Source: Candidatus Sulfopaludibacter sp. SbA3
GTDB lineage: Bacteria > Acidobacteriota > Terriglobia > Bryobacterales > Bryobacteraceae
Assembly (NCBI GenBank): GCA_945890485.1
Contig: CAMDCN010000004.1
Location: 353,813 to 417,812, forward strand
Length of the DNA stretch: 64,000 nucleotides
Reading direction: 5' to 3'
Under the pieces are notes generated by a model that searched no databases, was not told the DNA's origin, and saw only the letters and a list, made by a program, of their open reading frames with translations. Positions 63,944 through 64,000 of the stretch are shown piece by piece. The translations under genes were made by a program, and so were the position numbers. How positions within the stretch are numbered: the stretch's first letter is position 1; each line of letters begins with the position of its first letter.

Positions 63944-64000
63944 ATGTTACGGCCCCTCTTGCTCGCAGCTTTGGCCTCAGCCGCCCTTTTCGCTCAGGCG
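63944..64000 (+). CDS. 5' end of a secreted protein (truncated by window edge)
   Basis: ATG 63944 is followed by the signal-peptide-like MLRPLLLAALASAALFAQA, and the frame is open to the window end. Confidence 0.35.
   Translation, partial: MLRPLLLAALASAALFAQA

Noticed and set aside
1-64000. CRISPR arrays, rRNA genes, IS elements/transposases, or recognisable defence systems (RM, CBASS, retron, Cas).
   Set aside because: I noticed no regularly spaced direct repeats, no 16S/23S/5S signatures, and no DDE/HUH transposase, reverse transcriptase, methyltransferase-nuclease pairs or cyclase-effector pairs among the translated ORFs. Only the Phd/PIN pair and the ORF6N protein hint at mobile or defence-related content.

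Overview
High-GC bacterial chromosomal segment. The gene content suggests an Acidobacteria-like genome of the Solibacter/Bryobacter type (PSD1+DUF1501 pair, acidobacterial-type VWA protein, giant NHL-repeat protein, PEP-CTERM protein, many Tat-signal enzymes); this is inference only. I support about 70 CDS, tightly packed with many 4-nt start/stop overlaps, plus one tRNA-Leu(UAG). I saw no rRNA, CRISPR array, transposase or integrase. Housekeeping content includes leuA(short)-leuB-leuC-leuD with a divergent LysR regulator, hemL, pyrE, truA, nadD, a type I-beta DAHP synthase, futalosine-pathway mqnA plus a radical-SAM partner, and a PduO-type corrinoid adenosyltransferase. Accessory content includes sugar-acid catabolic enzymes (IlvD/Edd dehydratase, enolase-superfamily dehydratase, KDG-kinase-like, Gfo/Idh/MocA, DHDPS-like, amidohydrolase_2), two two-component systems, a TolC-like protein, a P450, GH3, an ORF6N protein and a Phd/PIN toxin-antitoxin pair. 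The best-supported finding is a complete ribosome-mediated attenuator directly upstream of the DAHP synthase gene. It has a promoter-like element, a 27-codon leader ORF (MSAPGANFPTFRFWWYYQIERVALARR) with seven Phe/Trp/Tyr codons in a 10-codon stretch, an antiterminator pairing and an intrinsic terminator. Second is a 603-nt gene-free region (11412-12014). It holds two long palindromes, a block with cobalamin-riboswitch-like motifs and a strong orphan terminator, all upstream of a hemL-containing gene string. Third is a tightly coupled minus-strand operon combining an FeS (6-4)-photolyase-type protein, an SDR lacking the catalytic Tyr, a single-domain ArsA/Get3-like ATPase, a NagA-like deacetylase and a small CxC peptide. 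All family assignments come from reading motifs by eye; no searches were run.
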